Assembly (NCBI GenBank): GCA_019310425.1 | Contig: JAFDEI010000005.1 | Span: forward strand, 1-51,978 | Length of the DNA: 51,978 nt | Direction of reading: 5' to 3' | Origin: Deltaproteobacteria bacterium | GTDB lineage: Bacteria; Myxococcota_A; UBA9160; SMWR01 | Shown here: in pieces, positions 28,807-38,994 of the stretch | Numbering within the stretch: position 1 is the stretch's first letter | Layout: each line of letters begins with the position of its first letter | Made by a program: the position numbers and the translations under genes | The notes under the pieces: generated by a model | Told to the model about the DNA's origin: nothing | The model's input: only the letters and a program-made list of their open reading frames with translations | The model's database searches: none

Positions 28807-29639
28807 AGAAACTCGCCGGGAAGATCGCCGTCGTCACGGGAGCGAGCCGCGGCATCGGCAAGGGGGTCGCGCTCGAGCTGGGCGCAGCGGGGGCCACCGT
28901 CTACGTCACCGCTCGAAGCGTGGTGGAAGGGGATTCGCCGTACCCCGGTACGGTCGGCGCGACGGCAGCTGAGGTGACGGAACTCGGCGGTCGCGGAATC
29001 GCGATCCAGTGCGACCACTCCGACGACGCCTCGATCATCGCGCTGTTCGAACGGGTGAAGCGCGAGCAGGGTGGCATCGACATTCTCGTGAACAATGTCT
29101 TCACCGCGCCCGAGCAGCGGATCCTGGATGGCGGGGGTTTCTGGGAGTACCCGATCGGCATCTGGGACGAGCTGATCCATGTTGGCTGCCGTTCCCACTA
29201 CGTTGCGAGCCACGAAGCCGTACCGATGATGATCGAGAAGAAGGACGGATTGATCGTCAACATCTCCTCGTTCGCAGGTGCCGCCTACGCGTTCAATCTC
29301 GCATATGGTGTCGGCAAGGCCGCAGTCGATCGTATGGCCAAGGACATGGCCTGGGAGCTGCGCGACTACGGCATCACCTGCGTTTCGATGTGGCCGGGTT
29401 GGGTGAGGACCGAGCGTCTTCTCGAACGTGAGAAGGAAGGCGCCATTCCCGTCAGCACCAAGAACGGCGAATCCCCGCGATTCACGGGTCGTGGCGTGGT
29501 CGCGATCGCGACAGATCCCAATCGCATGGAGCGCAGCGGCAAGGTGCAGATCGTGCACGAGATCGCGCGAGAGTACGGCTTCACCGACGTCGACGGCCGG
29601 CAACCCGGCTCACTCGGCGAGCAGATGGGCCTGGGCTAG
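28803..29639 (+). CDS. SDR family oxidoreductase (DHRS1-like)
   Basis: TGASRGIG, LVNN, NISS, YGVGK, WPGWVRTE, ESPRFTGR. Confidence 0.92.
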   Translation: MKKLAGKIAVVTGASRGIGKGVALELGAAGATVYVTARSVVEGDSPYPGTVGATAAEVTELGGRGIAIQCDHSDDASIIALFERVKREQGGIDILVNNVFTAPEQRILDGGGFWEYPIGIWDELIHVGCRSHYVASHEAVPMMIEKKDGLIVNISSFAGAAYAFNLAYGVGKAAVDRMAKDMAWELRDYGITCVSMWPGWVRTERLLEREKEGAIPVSTKNGESPRFTGRGVVAIATDPNRMERSGKVQIVHEIAREYGFTDVDGRQPGSLGEQMGLG

Positions 29640-29642
29640 CAG

Positions 29643-30218
29643 TCAGTCGAGGCCGCGCTTCTTAAGCTCCTGCTCGAGCCGCGCTGTGTCGCTCTCTTTC
29701 GGCTCGGCGAGCAGGCTCTCGTCGAGGTTGCCCTGGGAGTGCTGCAGCATCTTCAAACCGTCGTAGCTGATGTACTTTTCGGGGATCACTTCGAGCACGA
29801 CACGCAGCGGTGAATCGAGTCGCGACTCGAATTCGCGGGCATTCTTCTCGTCGTGCGGGCTCAGGTGATCGGCGAACTCGGGGTAGAACCAATCCTTGGT
29901 CTCGCGATCTTCGTGGATCACGCAGCGGCCCTTGATCGTGACGGTCTTCCCGGGGCCGAGTGTGGTTCCGGTGCTGGTGACGACGACCGAGCAGCGGGGA
30001 TCCCGACGGATCGCGGAGATGCGGTGGCGATTGGCGCCCGCGGTGAGCCACATCCGCCCGTTCTTCCAATAGCACGACATGATCACGCCCATCGGCCAGC
30101 CTTCGCGCGTCGCCCAGTTGAAGACGCATTCGATCTGGGTCGAAAGCAGCTTTTCTCGAACGTCGTCGTCGACCGGGTAGATCGAGACCTTCTCGTAGTT
30201 TTGCGGGGTTTCGGGCAC
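29643..30218 (-). CDS. Pyridoxamine 5'-phosphate oxidase-like split-barrel protein (possibly F420/flavin-binding)
   Basis: TREGWP, IRRDPRCSVVV, VTIKGR, RVVLEVIPEKYISYD; AGGAG SD. Confidence 0.8.
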   Translation of the reverse strand: MPETPQNYEKVSIYPVDDDVREKLLSTQIECVFNWATREGWPMGVIMSCYWKNGRMWLTAGANRHRISAIRRDPRCSVVVTSTGTTLGPGKTVTIKGRCVIHEDRETKDWFYPEFADHLSPHDEKNAREFESRLDSPLRVVLEVIPEKYISYDGLKMLQHSQGNLDESLLAEPKESDTARLEQELKKRGLD

Positions 30219-30407
30219 GGGCGGTTCTCCTGATGCAGTGAAGGGGTCGCAAGCGCGGGGCTACCCAGGCGGGTCTACTCCAATCGGAGCCGCTCGGCAA
30301 TGTACCATCTGTGTCGATTCCGGTTGGCTTGTTGTCCGGGTCGTGCGCGGCGGTTCGACCGGTCTGTGCGCGTGGTAGTATCCGCCGCGTTCGGCGAGGA
30401 GTGACGC

Positions 30408-31241
30408 ATGAGCGCAGCGCAGCGCGCCGGGGATCGGCAGAGCATCTTCATCACCGGCGGTGCGAGTGGGATCGGCCGCGCGACCGCGGTGCTGTTCAGC
30501 GAACGCGGTTGGTTCGTTGGCGCCTACGACGTCGACGAAGCGGGCCTTCTCTCGCTCGCAGCCGAGCTCGGCCCTTCGAACTGTCTGACGCGACGGCTCG
30601 ATGTCAGCGACAAGGCCGACTACGAGCGAGCGATGGCGGAATTCTCGGAGGCCACCGGCGGGCGTCTCGACCTGCTGTTCAACAATGCCGGCATCGGTGC
30701 CGGCGGCTGGTTCGAGGAAGTGCCGTACGACGTTGCCATGCGCGTACTCGAGGTGAACTTCATCGGCGTCATGAATGGCGCCTACGTGGCTGCACCGCTG
30801 CTCAAGCAGACTCCGAACTGCCTGTTCTTCAGTACCTCGTCATCCGCGGGAATCTTCGGCATGCCGCGCACCGGTATCTACTCGGCATCGAAGTTCGCGG
30901 TCAAGGGCTTGACCGAGGCGCTCAGCGTCGAGTTTGCTCGTTTCGGGGGGCGCGCGGCCGATGTACTGCCGGCGTTGATCGACACCCCGATTCTCGACAA
31001 GGTGCTCGACTATTCGGACGGCGAACGGCCGGGTGTCGCGATGCGCAAGACCGCCACGCCGGATGGCCCGATGCGACTGGTCCAGCCCGAAGAGGTCGCG
31101 CAGCTCGTGTGGGATGCCTACGGCTCCGACCGCGTCCACTGGTACATTCCCGAAGAGATGGAGCTGGTCGAAAAGGGGCGCGCGGGGGGTGTCGAGGGAA
31201 TGCGCGACCAGTTCAAGAAGACGATGCTGGGCGACGGCTGA
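30408..31241 (+). CDS. SDR family oxidoreductase
   Basis: FITGGASGIG, LFNNAG, YSASK. Confidence 0.92.
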   Translation: MSAAQRAGDRQSIFITGGASGIGRATAVLFSERGWFVGAYDVDEAGLLSLAAELGPSNCLTRRLDVSDKADYERAMAEFSEATGGRLDLLFNNAGIGAGGWFEEVPYDVAMRVLEVNFIGVMNGAYVAAPLLKQTPNCLFFSTSSSAGIFGMPRTGIYSASKFAVKGLTEALSVEFARFGGRAADVLPALIDTPILDKVLDYSDGERPGVAMRKTATPDGPMRLVQPEEVAQLVWDAYGSDRVHWYIPEEMELVEKGRAGGVEGMRDQFKKTMLGDG

Positions 31242-31275
31242 GTTTCGACCAGACGGTCGAAGGGGAGGGCACGCG

Positions 31276-31812
31276 ATGGCGGACGGAATTGCCGAGCTGA
31301 GAACTCGCCTCGACCGACTCGAGGCGACCGAAGCCTGTCGCTGCACCTTCCATGAGTATCTTCACTACCTCGATGCTGGGCTCCATGACGAACTGCTCCA
31401 GGTGTTCGCGCCGGAAGGTCGGCTCGAGGTCATGAATTTCCCGCCCAACAGTGGGGAGGACCTCCGCTTCAACGGGCGCAGCGAAATCGCGACGCTATAC
31501 GCCGGAGTCACGATGGCGACGACGCGCCACTACTCCGCGAACGTCAGCGTGAATGTGAACGCGGACGCGAGCCGCGCCGATCTGAGTGCGTATTTCCTGG
31601 CGGTGATGACCTACGGCCTGATGGGCGGGATCTACGAGCTCACCCTTGCGCCGGTCGAGAACCGATGGCGTATCGAGTCGATGCGGATCTCGAGCACCAC
31701 GGGGTGGATGATCCAGCAAGAGGCACCGCCCTTTCTCGCCAACCCGCTCGCGGCCGGAACCCTACGCGGCGGGCGTCCTGCGGTCGTCGGCGCGCCTTCC
31801 TCGCGCAGCTGA
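31276..31812 (+). CDS. SnoaL-like / NTF2 family protein
   Basis: GGGAGG SD; RLDRLEA...YLHYLD, GRSEI, TRH, GIYE...RWRI. Confidence 0.8.
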   Translation: MADGIAELRTRLDRLEATEACRCTFHEYLHYLDAGLHDELLQVFAPEGRLEVMNFPPNSGEDLRFNGRSEIATLYAGVTMATTRHYSANVSVNVNADASRADLSAYFLAVMTYGLMGGIYELTLAPVENRWRIESMRISSTTGWMIQQEAPPFLANPLAAGTLRGGRPAVVGAPSSRS

Positions 31813-31830
31813 TCCCGTCCAAAGGCGCCG

Positions 31831-34239
31831 ATGCTTTCTCCGTATCGCGTTCTCGATCTGACCGACGAAGACGGTCTGCTGTGCGGGCAGATCCTCGCCG
31901 ACCTCGGGGCCGACGTGATCCAGGTGGAGCCGCGGGAGGGTTCGAGTGCGCGTCGAGTGGGCCCCAGGCGCGCGGGCGACGAGAACGGGGTCGAGGGGTC
32001 ACTGTTCTGGGCCGCCTTCACCCGCAACAAGCGCGGGATCGCGCTCGACCTCGAATCGGACGGAGACCGCGCAACGTTGCTGCGGCTCGTAGCGGGAGCG
32101 GACTTCCTGATCGAATCCGCGCGCCCTGGTCGCATGCGTGAACTCGGCCTCGACCATGACTCGCTCGCGCGGGTCCAGCCCGGGATCGTCAGCGTGTCGA
32201 TCACGCCCTTCGGCGAAACGGGACCGAAGGCCCACTGGCATGGAAGCGATCTCACCCAGGTTGCGGCCTCCGGCTTCGGCTATCTGACGGGAGATGCGGA
32301 TGGTCCACCGACGCGGGTCTGCGTGCCGCAGGCGCACGCTCATGCAGGCGTGGATGCCGCGGTGGGTGCGCTGCTTGCGCATTTCGAGCGCAAGCGCAGC
32401 GGGCGAGGCCAGCACGTAGACATCTCGCAACAGCAGTCGCTGACGTTGGCGAACATGTTCCGCACAGTCGATGCAGCGATCGAGATGGCTCCGGCGCAGC
32501 GCGTCGCGGGTGGTCTCCAGGCGGGTGGCGTGTTGCTGCCGACGCGACATCGCACTCGCGATGGCTGGGTGGTGCTCGGCCCATCCGTCATTCCCTCGAC
32601 CGGCCACTTCATGACTCGCCTGCTCGAGTGGGTTGCAGAAGCCGGCTTCTGCGATTCCGCACTCGCGCAGGAAGAATGGGGGAAGTTCGCGGTTCGGGTT
32701 GGCTCGGGGAAATTGCCGCCGGACGCCTACGACCCCACCGAGCGAGCGCTCGACGCCTTCTTCGCGACGAAGACCAACGCCGAGGTGATGGCGGCGGCTG
32801 TCGAGCGCAAGCTCCTGATCGCTCCGGTCTTCGGGATCGATGAGATCATCGAGAGCGAGCAGTTGGCAGCGCGCGACTACGTTGCGACGGTCGTGGGCGG
32901 GGCAGGATTGGCCACCCGCTATCCGGGGCCGTTTGCAAAGTTCTCCGCGACTCCGATCCGCTATCGGATTCCAGCGCCGCGCCTCGACGAGCACGCACAG
33001 GCGTTGCGGGCTGAGTCGCAGCGGGTTCCGGCCGCGACATCTGCGGAACCTCCCGGCCGAATTCCGCTCGATGGCGTGAAGGTGCTCGACCTGTTCTGGG
33101 TGCTCGCGGGGCCCACCGGCACGCGGATGCTCGCCGACTACGGAGCGACGGTCGTGCGCGTCGAGTCGCGCAGCCATCTCGACACCTTGCGGGTAAGTCC
33201 GCCGTGGCAATTCACGCAACCCAATCTCGAAGGCGCCGCGGGCTTTCAGTCCGCGAACGCCAACAAGCTCGGCATCACGCTCGACCTCGCGAGCGACGAG
33301 TGCCGCGAGGTGATCTTCGATCTGGTCCGTTGGGCCGATGTCGTCACTGAATCGTTCGCGCCCGGCGTGATGGATTCACTCGGGATCGGCTGGGAGGTAC
33401 TCCGCGGCATCAACCCGAACGCGATCCTGGTTTCGAGCTGCCTGATGGGCCAGAGCGGACCGTGGCGCGACTTCACGGGCTTTGGTCGCCTGGCGGTTGG
33501 GATCGCGGGCTTCCAGCAGCTCGCGAGTTGGCCGGGTCGCCCGCCCGCCGGGCCGTATGGCGCCTACACGGACGCGATTTCGTCGCGCTACAACGCCCTC
33601 GCGATCCTCGCCGCACTCGAACATCGCGACCGCACCGGAGAAGCCCAGACGATCGACCTGTCGCAGACTGAAGCCGCACTGCACTTTCTCACGCCGGCCT
33701 TCCTGGACTGGACCGTCAACGGGAACGTGCAGGGCCCGGTCGGCAACGACGATCCGGACTGTTTTCCGCACGGGCTGTTTTCCACGGCCGGAGAGGACTG
33801 CTGGGTCGCGATTTCGGTTCGGCGCGAAGACGACTGGTTGGCGTTGTGTGAAGTCATTGGGCGCGCGGATCTGGTCGAACGGCGCGATGAGCGCGACGTC
33901 GTCGACGCGGCGATTGCGTCCTTTACCCGCGAGCGCACGGCCCCGGAGATCGAAGCGATGCTTCAAGCGGCGGGCATCGCCGCTCACGAGGCGCTCGACA
34001 TGCCCGGCCTGTTTGCCGACCCACAGCTCCGGCATCGAGGGCATTTCATCGAGATAGCGCACGACGTCTTTCCCACCACTACGATCGAAAGTTCGCGCTT
34101 GAAATTGTCGCAGAGTCCGGAGCGGGTCCCGGAGCGTGCGTTGTCGCTCGGGCGCGACAATACGCGCGTCCTCTCCGAGTTGCTCGGCTACTCCGGTGAG
34201 CGCATCGCGAAGCTCGGCGAGCAGGGCGTTCTCCGGTAG
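31831..34239 (+). CDS. Tandem (two-domain) class III CoA-transferase, CaiB/BaiF family
   Basis: Two copies of VLDL...LAD.GA.V..VE...NK.GI.LDL; catalytic-type YTD in the second domain. Confidence 0.93.
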   Translation: MLSPYRVLDLTDEDGLLCGQILADLGADVIQVEPREGSSARRVGPRRAGDENGVEGSLFWAAFTRNKRGIALDLESDGDRATLLRLVAGADFLIESARPGRMRELGLDHDSLARVQPGIVSVSITPFGETGPKAHWHGSDLTQVAASGFGYLTGDADGPPTRVCVPQAHAHAGVDAAVGALLAHFERKRSGRGQHVDISQQQSLTLANMFRTVDAAIEMAPAQRVAGGLQAGGVLLPTRHRTRDGWVVLGPSVIPSTGHFMTRLLEWVAEAGFCDSALAQEEWGKFAVRVGSGKLPPDAYDPTERALDAFFATKTNAEVMAAAVERKLLIAPVFGIDEIIESEQLAARDYVATVVGGAGLATRYPGPFAKFSATPIRYRIPAPRLDEHAQALRAESQRVPAATSAEPPGRIPLDGVKVLDLFWVLAGPTGTRMLADYGATVVRVESRSHLDTLRVSPPWQFTQPNLEGAAGFQSANANKLGITLDLASDECREVIFDLVRWADVVTESFAPGVMDSLGIGWEVLRGINPNAILVSSCLMGQSGPWRDFTGFGRLAVGIAGFQQLASWPGRPPAGPYGAYTDAISSRYNALAILAALEHRDRTGEAQTIDLSQTEAALHFLTPAFLDWTVNGNVQGPVGNDDPDCFPHGLFSTAGEDCWVAISVRREDDWLALCEVIGRADLVERRDERDVVDAAIASFTRERTAPEIEAMLQAAGIAAHEALDMPGLFADPQLRHRGHFIEIAHDVFPTTTIESSRLKLSQSPERVPERALSLGRDNTRVLSELLGYSGERIAKLGEQGVLR

Positions 34240-34250
34240 CGGCAGTCACT

Positions 34251-35213
34251 TCAGGTGTCGAAACGAACCCCCTGTAGCTCTTCCGAAATCGCCCAGAGCC
34301 GTTTCGCGGCCTCGGGGTCGACCGCGTGCGGCATGAAGCCGTGGTCGCTCTCGTCGGATGTCACGGGCTCGGCGATGCCGCAATCCTCGAGATAGAGGCC
34401 GCCGCGGCCGTCGAGTTCCGGCGCGGTGGCGGCCCAGCAGGAGGTCGCCGCACCGGCTTCGACCGGCTTGAAAACCATGCCCTTGTCGCTCGGCGCCCGG
34501 TTCATCAGATCCTTGATGTCGTCGGGTGTCAGGTGGCGCGCGAGCTCGGTCATGATGACGCCGGGATGCACTGCGAAGCTCCGCACGCCATTGCCCTGCA
34601 GCCGGCGATCGAGTTCGACGGTGAACAGCACGTTGGCGGATTTCGACTGGCCGTAGGCCTGCCATTTGTCGTAGTCGCGGCGCTCGTAATGGAGGTCGTC
34701 GAAGTCGATGCCACCGAAGCGGTGGCCGCCGGAGCTGAGGTTCACGATGCGTGCGGGTGCACCGGCCACGAGCGCGGGTGCGAGCAGTGCGGTCAGCAGG
34801 AAATGGCCGAGGTGGTTGGTCGCGAACTGCAGCTCCCAACCCTCGGGTGTGCGCGCGAGCGGACAGGCCATGATGCCCGCGTTGTTGATCAGCAGGTTGA
34901 GCGAGTCGTGCGACTCGAGCCAGTTCGTCGCGAAGCGGCGAACACTGTCGGGCACGGTCAGGTCCAATTCGCCGATGTCGACATTCGGGTTGCCGGTGGA
35001 TTCGCGGATCGATGCAGCCACAGCCTCCAGCTTCTCGAGGTCTCGGGCAGCCAGTGTGATGGCCGCCCCGCGCGCGGCCATCGCTCGCGCAGTTTCCGCG
35101 CCGAGTCCCCCGGAGGTGCCGGTAATCACCGCGCGCCGGCCTTCGAGGGAGATGCCGTCGAGAACTTCATCGGTGGTGGATTCGAATCCGAAAGCGTTGC
35201 GATCGATTGCCAT
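34251..35213 (-). CDS. SDR oxidoreductase (retinol dehydrogenase/WWOX-like)
   Basis: TGTSGGLG, INNAGIM, FATNHLGHF, YGQSK, VHPG. Confidence 0.92.
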   Translation of the reverse strand: MAIDRNAFGFESTTDEVLDGISLEGRRAVITGTSGGLGAETARAMAARGAAITLAARDLEKLEAVAASIRESTGNPNVDIGELDLTVPDSVRRFATNWLESHDSLNLLINNAGIMACPLARTPEGWELQFATNHLGHFLLTALLAPALVAGAPARIVNLSSGGHRFGGIDFDDLHYERRDYDKWQAYGQSKSANVLFTVELDRRLQGNGVRSFAVHPGVIMTELARHLTPDDIKDLMNRAPSDKGMVFKPVEAGAATSCWAATAPELDGRGGLYLEDCGIAEPVTSDESDHGFMPHAVDPEAAKRLWAISEELQGVRFDT

Positions 35214-35266
35214 ATTGTGCTCCTGGTTGGATCCCGGCGTCGGGTGCCTCGTTCGAGGGGGGACGG

Positions 35267-36490
35267 CTATCGGGCGTCGAATTCGAGGTGGAGGTATCGA
35301 AGGCCGCGTGCGATGAACATCGGGTTGTGGGAAAAGTCATTCGAGCCGGGTGCGAAACGAACGTTCTCGAGCCGGTCGAGCAGTGTGTCGAGCGCGACGC
35401 AGGCTTCTAGCCGCGCGAGTCCGGCGCCGATGCAGAAGTGGTTGCCGTGCCCGAAGGCCATGTGTTCGCGCACGTTGGAGCGGTGCGGGTCGATGCGGTC
35501 CGGATCGGGAAAGGCGCGCGGGTCGCGGTTCGCGGCGCCGAACATCACCGCGATCTTGGTTCCGGCGGGAACCGGAACACCTGCGATCTCGCAATCGCGC
35601 GTGCTCAGTCGGAACATGTTCTGAACCGGAGACTCGAGCCGGAAGATTTCCTCGCAGACGGCGGGGATCAGCGAACGGTCGCGCTTCACGGCGTCGAGAA
35701 TGTCGCTCTGCTCGAGCAGGAATCTCCAAGTCGCAGCGATGGCTGCGGTGCTGGTCTCGTTGCCGGCCAGCATGAACTGCTGCAGGATGCTGCACACTTC
35801 GGGGTTGTCGAGCGGCCGTTCGCCTCTGAGTTTGGCGCGCAGCAGCACGCCGAGTATGTCGTCCTGCGGGTCCGAGCGGTACTCCTCGATCCGGCTGTCG
35901 AAGTAGCTCTGACATTCGATGATTTCGTGAGCGCACTGGATGCTGCGCTCCTCCGACGCGAGCCCGCCGATGAAGTCCATGAATGCGTCGGACCACTTCT
36001 TGAAGTCACTGACTCGCGACCGCGGAACGCCGAGCTGCTCGGCGATGATGGTGAGTGGCAGAGGGGCGGAAAATTCATGTACCAGCTCGACTCGCCCTGA
36101 GGCGACGAAGGCGTCGATGAGTTCGTGTGCGACCTCTCTGACGTGTTCTCGCAGCTTCTCCACCCGGCGCGGCGTGAACGCACGCGCGACCAGCGAGCGG
36201 TAGCCGCCGTGAACCGGCGGATCGGCGGTGATCAGGGTATTCGCGGGCGGATGCCCGTTCGCGATGATCTCGATGGCCTCGATCGGAGGTGCCTTCGTCA
36301 TTGCGCCGACCGCCGACGAGAAAGTCGCCGGATCCCGAAGCACGCTGGCGACGTCGTCGTAGCGACTCACGAGCAGGACTTCGAGATTCGCATCCCAGTG
36401 GACGGGCGATTCGTCTCGCAACAACTGATAGAGCGCGTAGGGGTTCTCTACGTTCTCGGGCGAGAGTGCGTTGACTTCGGCGAGCTGCAC
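35267..36490 (-). CDS. Cytochrome P450
   Basis: AGNETS (I-helix), EEIFR (ExxR), ANRDP, AFGHGNHFCIG heme motif. Confidence 0.96.
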   Translation of the reverse strand: MQLAEVNALSPENVENPYALYQLLRDESPVHWDANLEVLLVSRYDDVASVLRDPATFSSAVGAMTKAPPIEAIEIIANGHPPANTLITADPPVHGGYRSLVARAFTPRRVEKLREHVREVAHELIDAFVASGRVELVHEFSAPLPLTIIAEQLGVPRSRVSDFKKWSDAFMDFIGGLASEERSIQCAHEIIECQSYFDSRIEEYRSDPQDDILGVLLRAKLRGERPLDNPEVCSILQQFMLAGNETSTAAIAATWRFLLEQSDILDAVKRDRSLIPAVCEEIFRLESPVQNMFRLSTRDCEIAGVPVPAGTKIAVMFGAANRDPRAFPDPDRIDPHRSNVREHMAFGHGNHFCIGAGLARLEACVALDTLLDRLENVRFAPGSNDFSHNPMFIARGLRYLHLEFDAR

Positions 36491-36601
36491 GACGGCATGA
36501 TGGCAGCGCCGTCGGGTTCCGGCAAGCCGTATAGGCTGTCTCCGGCAGCCATGGTCTCGGCTGTGTCGAAACCATGGCGTGTCGATGTCGAATCGCGAGA
36601 T

Positions 36602-37132
36602 TCAGAGTCGACTGAGACGTTCCAGCGGCGGGCTCCCGAAGTAGATGTCCTCGCCCATGATCCGTCCGTCGGCCGCGATCGGCCAGACCGTGAGGATCTG
36701 TGTCTCGGCGAGATAGTCGGCCGCGGCGTCAACGGCTTCGCCCTCGACCTGTTCGACACCGGAAGCGGCGATCGCTGCGCCGGGAACCCGTTGTCGCATC
36801 AGTCCCTCGGTGACGACGGCATCGTGATCCGCCACGATGCGTTCGATCGAGAACTCGAAGCGGTGACCGCCGCCCGCGATCATCTGGCTGTAGAATTCCT
36901 CGACCGCGGCACGGCCCTTCGGTCCGCCTTCGACCGGCACACCCCAGAAGTGGTATCGAGGTTCGTCGACGAGGGTTGCCATCAGCTGCGCGAGGTCGCC
37001 GCCGATCTCGGTCCGCATGTGGTCGCGCACCTGCTCGACGGCGGCGCGACAGCGCGGGTCGCGTTCCTCGGCCATTCGTCGTTCGAGGGGCGCCCAGCTG
37101 CGATCGGGGTCGAATCGTTCTTTCGTGCTCAC
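36602..37132 (-). CDS. NTF2/SnoaL-like protein
   Basis: HMRTE..GDL..LMATL, GRAAVEEFY, VVTEG, GRIMGEDIY; GGAGG SD. Confidence 0.8.
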   Translation of the reverse strand: MSTKERFDPDRSWAPLERRMAEERDPRCRAAVEQVRDHMRTEIGGDLAQLMATLVDEPRYHFWGVPVEGGPKGRAAVEEFYSQMIAGGGHRFEFSIERIVADHDAVVTEGLMRQRVPGAAIAASGVEQVEGEAVDAAADYLAETQILTVWPIAADGRIMGEDIYFGSPPLERLSRL

Positions 37133-37228
37133 TGCGTTCCTCCGGGAAATGGATCGTTGGCGAGTGTGACGTGCTTCGACCGTATCGCGGCCAGAGCTCG
37201 TAACGCCGCCGAGATAGCGGCGGGAGAC

Positions 37229-37651
37229 TCAGCGCTCTTCCAAGTTCTTCTTCATGGCGCGGAGAACGGAGCGGTACATCCCCGCGACTCGCGATTGCGC
37301 CTCTTCTTCCGATACGCCGTCCGGCTCGAATCGGCAGCTCCACCGCAGGCGGCAGTGGCCGGTGCCGGCATCGATGACCCGCATCGACGCGCTGTAGTCG
37401 GTCACGGGCATCGGGAGACCCTGGATGACCCGGTAGTGAATCGTGTGTTCGGCATCGTCGATTGCATCGAGCTGTTCACGAACCGTCGGAATCGGCGATG
37501 CGTCGATGGTGCGGATCATCCCGGGCCCATCGCCCTCGGAGCTGAAGACCGGGTTTCCGGGGAGCCACGAAACTTCTCCGAAATCGCGGATCGCGGTCCA
37601 GAGCGCTTCCGCGGAAAGGTCGAAATCGCCTTCAGTCTGATATTCGGACAT
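37229..37651 (-). CDS. SRPBCC (START-like) family protein
   Basis: SAEALWTAIRDFG, GPGMIRT, VREQL, YSASMRV, C-terminal helix. Confidence 0.88.
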   Translation of the reverse strand: MSEYQTEGDFDLSAEALWTAIRDFGEVSWLPGNPVFSSEGDGPGMIRTIDASPIPTVREQLDAIDDAEHTIHYRVIQGLPMPVTDYSASMRVIDAGTGHCRLRWSCRFEPDGVSEEEAQSRVAGMYRSVLRAMKKNLEER

Positions 37652-37757
37652 GTCGCCTCCGCCAGTCGTCCCGGCTCATTCTACTCAAGTCAGTAACTTC
37701 GATCTGTTAAAATCGCGCCGCTCACGGATCGAGTATCGGCGATGAAGGAGCCCGGAG

Positions 37758-38120
37758 ATGATCAAGGTCATGGCGATGATGAAGCGCAAGCCCGGGATCA
37801 CGCCCGAGGAGTTCGCCCGCTACTGGTTCGAGGAGCACGCGCCACTCGGCTTCGATCTGCTTCCCGACGACATCCACGTCCGTGGCTACGTGCAGAACTA
37901 CAGCATTCGCAACCCGGGCGACCAGGAGCCTGAATTCGACGGACTGGTGGAGTTCGTGTTGGACGACATGGACGCATTTCAGCGCTGGCTCGCGTTCTTC
38001 ATGAGCGATGCCGCGGCGCCGATGCGCGACGACGAGAAGAACTTCATGGACTCCGATACCATCAAGGTTCTCGTCATGCAGGAGCGCGTCGTGGTGGAAC
38101 GCCACTCGGCCGACGCGTGA
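37758..38120 (+). CDS. EthD domain protein
   Basis: MIK...KRKPG.TPEEF..YW...HAPL, YVQN, FDGLVE, DE.NFMD. Confidence 0.9.
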   Translation: MIKVMAMMKRKPGITPEEFARYWFEEHAPLGFDLLPDDIHVRGYVQNYSIRNPGDQEPEFDGLVEFVLDDMDAFQRWLAFFMSDAAAPMRDDEKNFMDSDTIKVLVMQERVVVERHSADA

Positions 38121-38148
38121 ATTCGGACAAAGGCGTGCGAGAAAGACG

Positions 38149-38994
38149 ATGAAGCTGGGACTCTACGGCATCAACTTTGGACCGTGTGTCGACCCGGAGG
38201 CTTCCGCGCGTGTCGCACGTGCAGCCGAAGCAGCCGGCTTCGATAGTGTATGGACCGCGGAACACGTGGTACTGCCCCACCCGCAGACACCGGATTCGCC
38301 GATTCCTGCGCAGACGCCGTTGCTGGATCCGGCGGTCGCGCTGGCGTACGTCGCCGCGCACACCCACTCGATCCGGCTAGCGACCGGCATCATCATCCTG
38401 CCGCAGCGCAATCCGCTGGTGCTCGCAAAGGAAATGGCGAGTCTGGACGTCGTTTCGGGCGGTCGACTGATCTTCGGCGTGGGCACGGGCTATCTCCGTG
38501 CCGAATTCGACGCACTCGGGTCGTCGTTCGACGACCGCGGTGCGCGGATGGACGAATGCATCGAGGCGATTCGAGTGATGTGGACCGCCGAAAAGCCCGA
38601 GTACCGCGGTCGCTTCTTCTCGTTCGGAGATCTCGACGCCCAGCCGCGCCCGGTCCAGAAACCGCAACCGCCGATCGTCATTGGCGGGCTGAGCGCGCCC
38701 GCGCTGCGGCGCGCGGCACGCCACGGCAATGGCTGGTATGGCTTCGCGCTCGACCACGCCGGTACCGAGGCCGCGGTCGCGGGTCTGCGCGCGGCCGAGC
38801 GGGAAGTGGAGCGGCGGTCGGTACTCGGGCGGCTCGAGATCAGCGTGACGCCCGCGGCCCCGCTCGACACCGACGCAGTGGCCCGCTTCGCCGAGCTGGG
38901 GGTGGACCGGCTGGTGGTGATCGGGATGGGGGGCAGTGCGGATGAACTGATCGCGTTCGTCGAGCGGACCGCCGAAGCCGTGCTGCGCAGCTAG
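38149..38994 (+). CDS. LLM-class probable F420-dependent oxidoreductase (Rv2161c/TIGR03619-like)
   Basis: GFDSVWTAEHVVLP, ILPQRNPLVLAK, SGGRL..GVG.GY...EF, PVQKP.PPI.IGG. Confidence 0.9.
   Translation: MKLGLYGINFGPCVDPEASARVARAAEAAGFDSVWTAEHVVLPHPQTPDSPIPAQTPLLDPAVALAYVAAHTHSIRLATGIIILPQRNPLVLAKEMASLDVVSGGRLIFGVGTGYLRAEFDALGSSFDDRGARMDECIEAIRVMWTAEKPEYRGRFFSFGDLDAQPRPVQKPQPPIVIGGLSAPALRRAARHGNGWYGFALDHAGTEAAVAGLRAAEREVERRSVLGRLEISVTPAAPLDTDAVARFAELGVDRLVVIGMGGSADELIAFVERTAEAVLRS

Noticed and set aside
37682-37695. TACTCAAGTCAGTA partial palindrome in the SRPBCC/EthD divergent region
   Set aside because: Only 5 of 7 positions pair; not distinguishable from chance without other copies.
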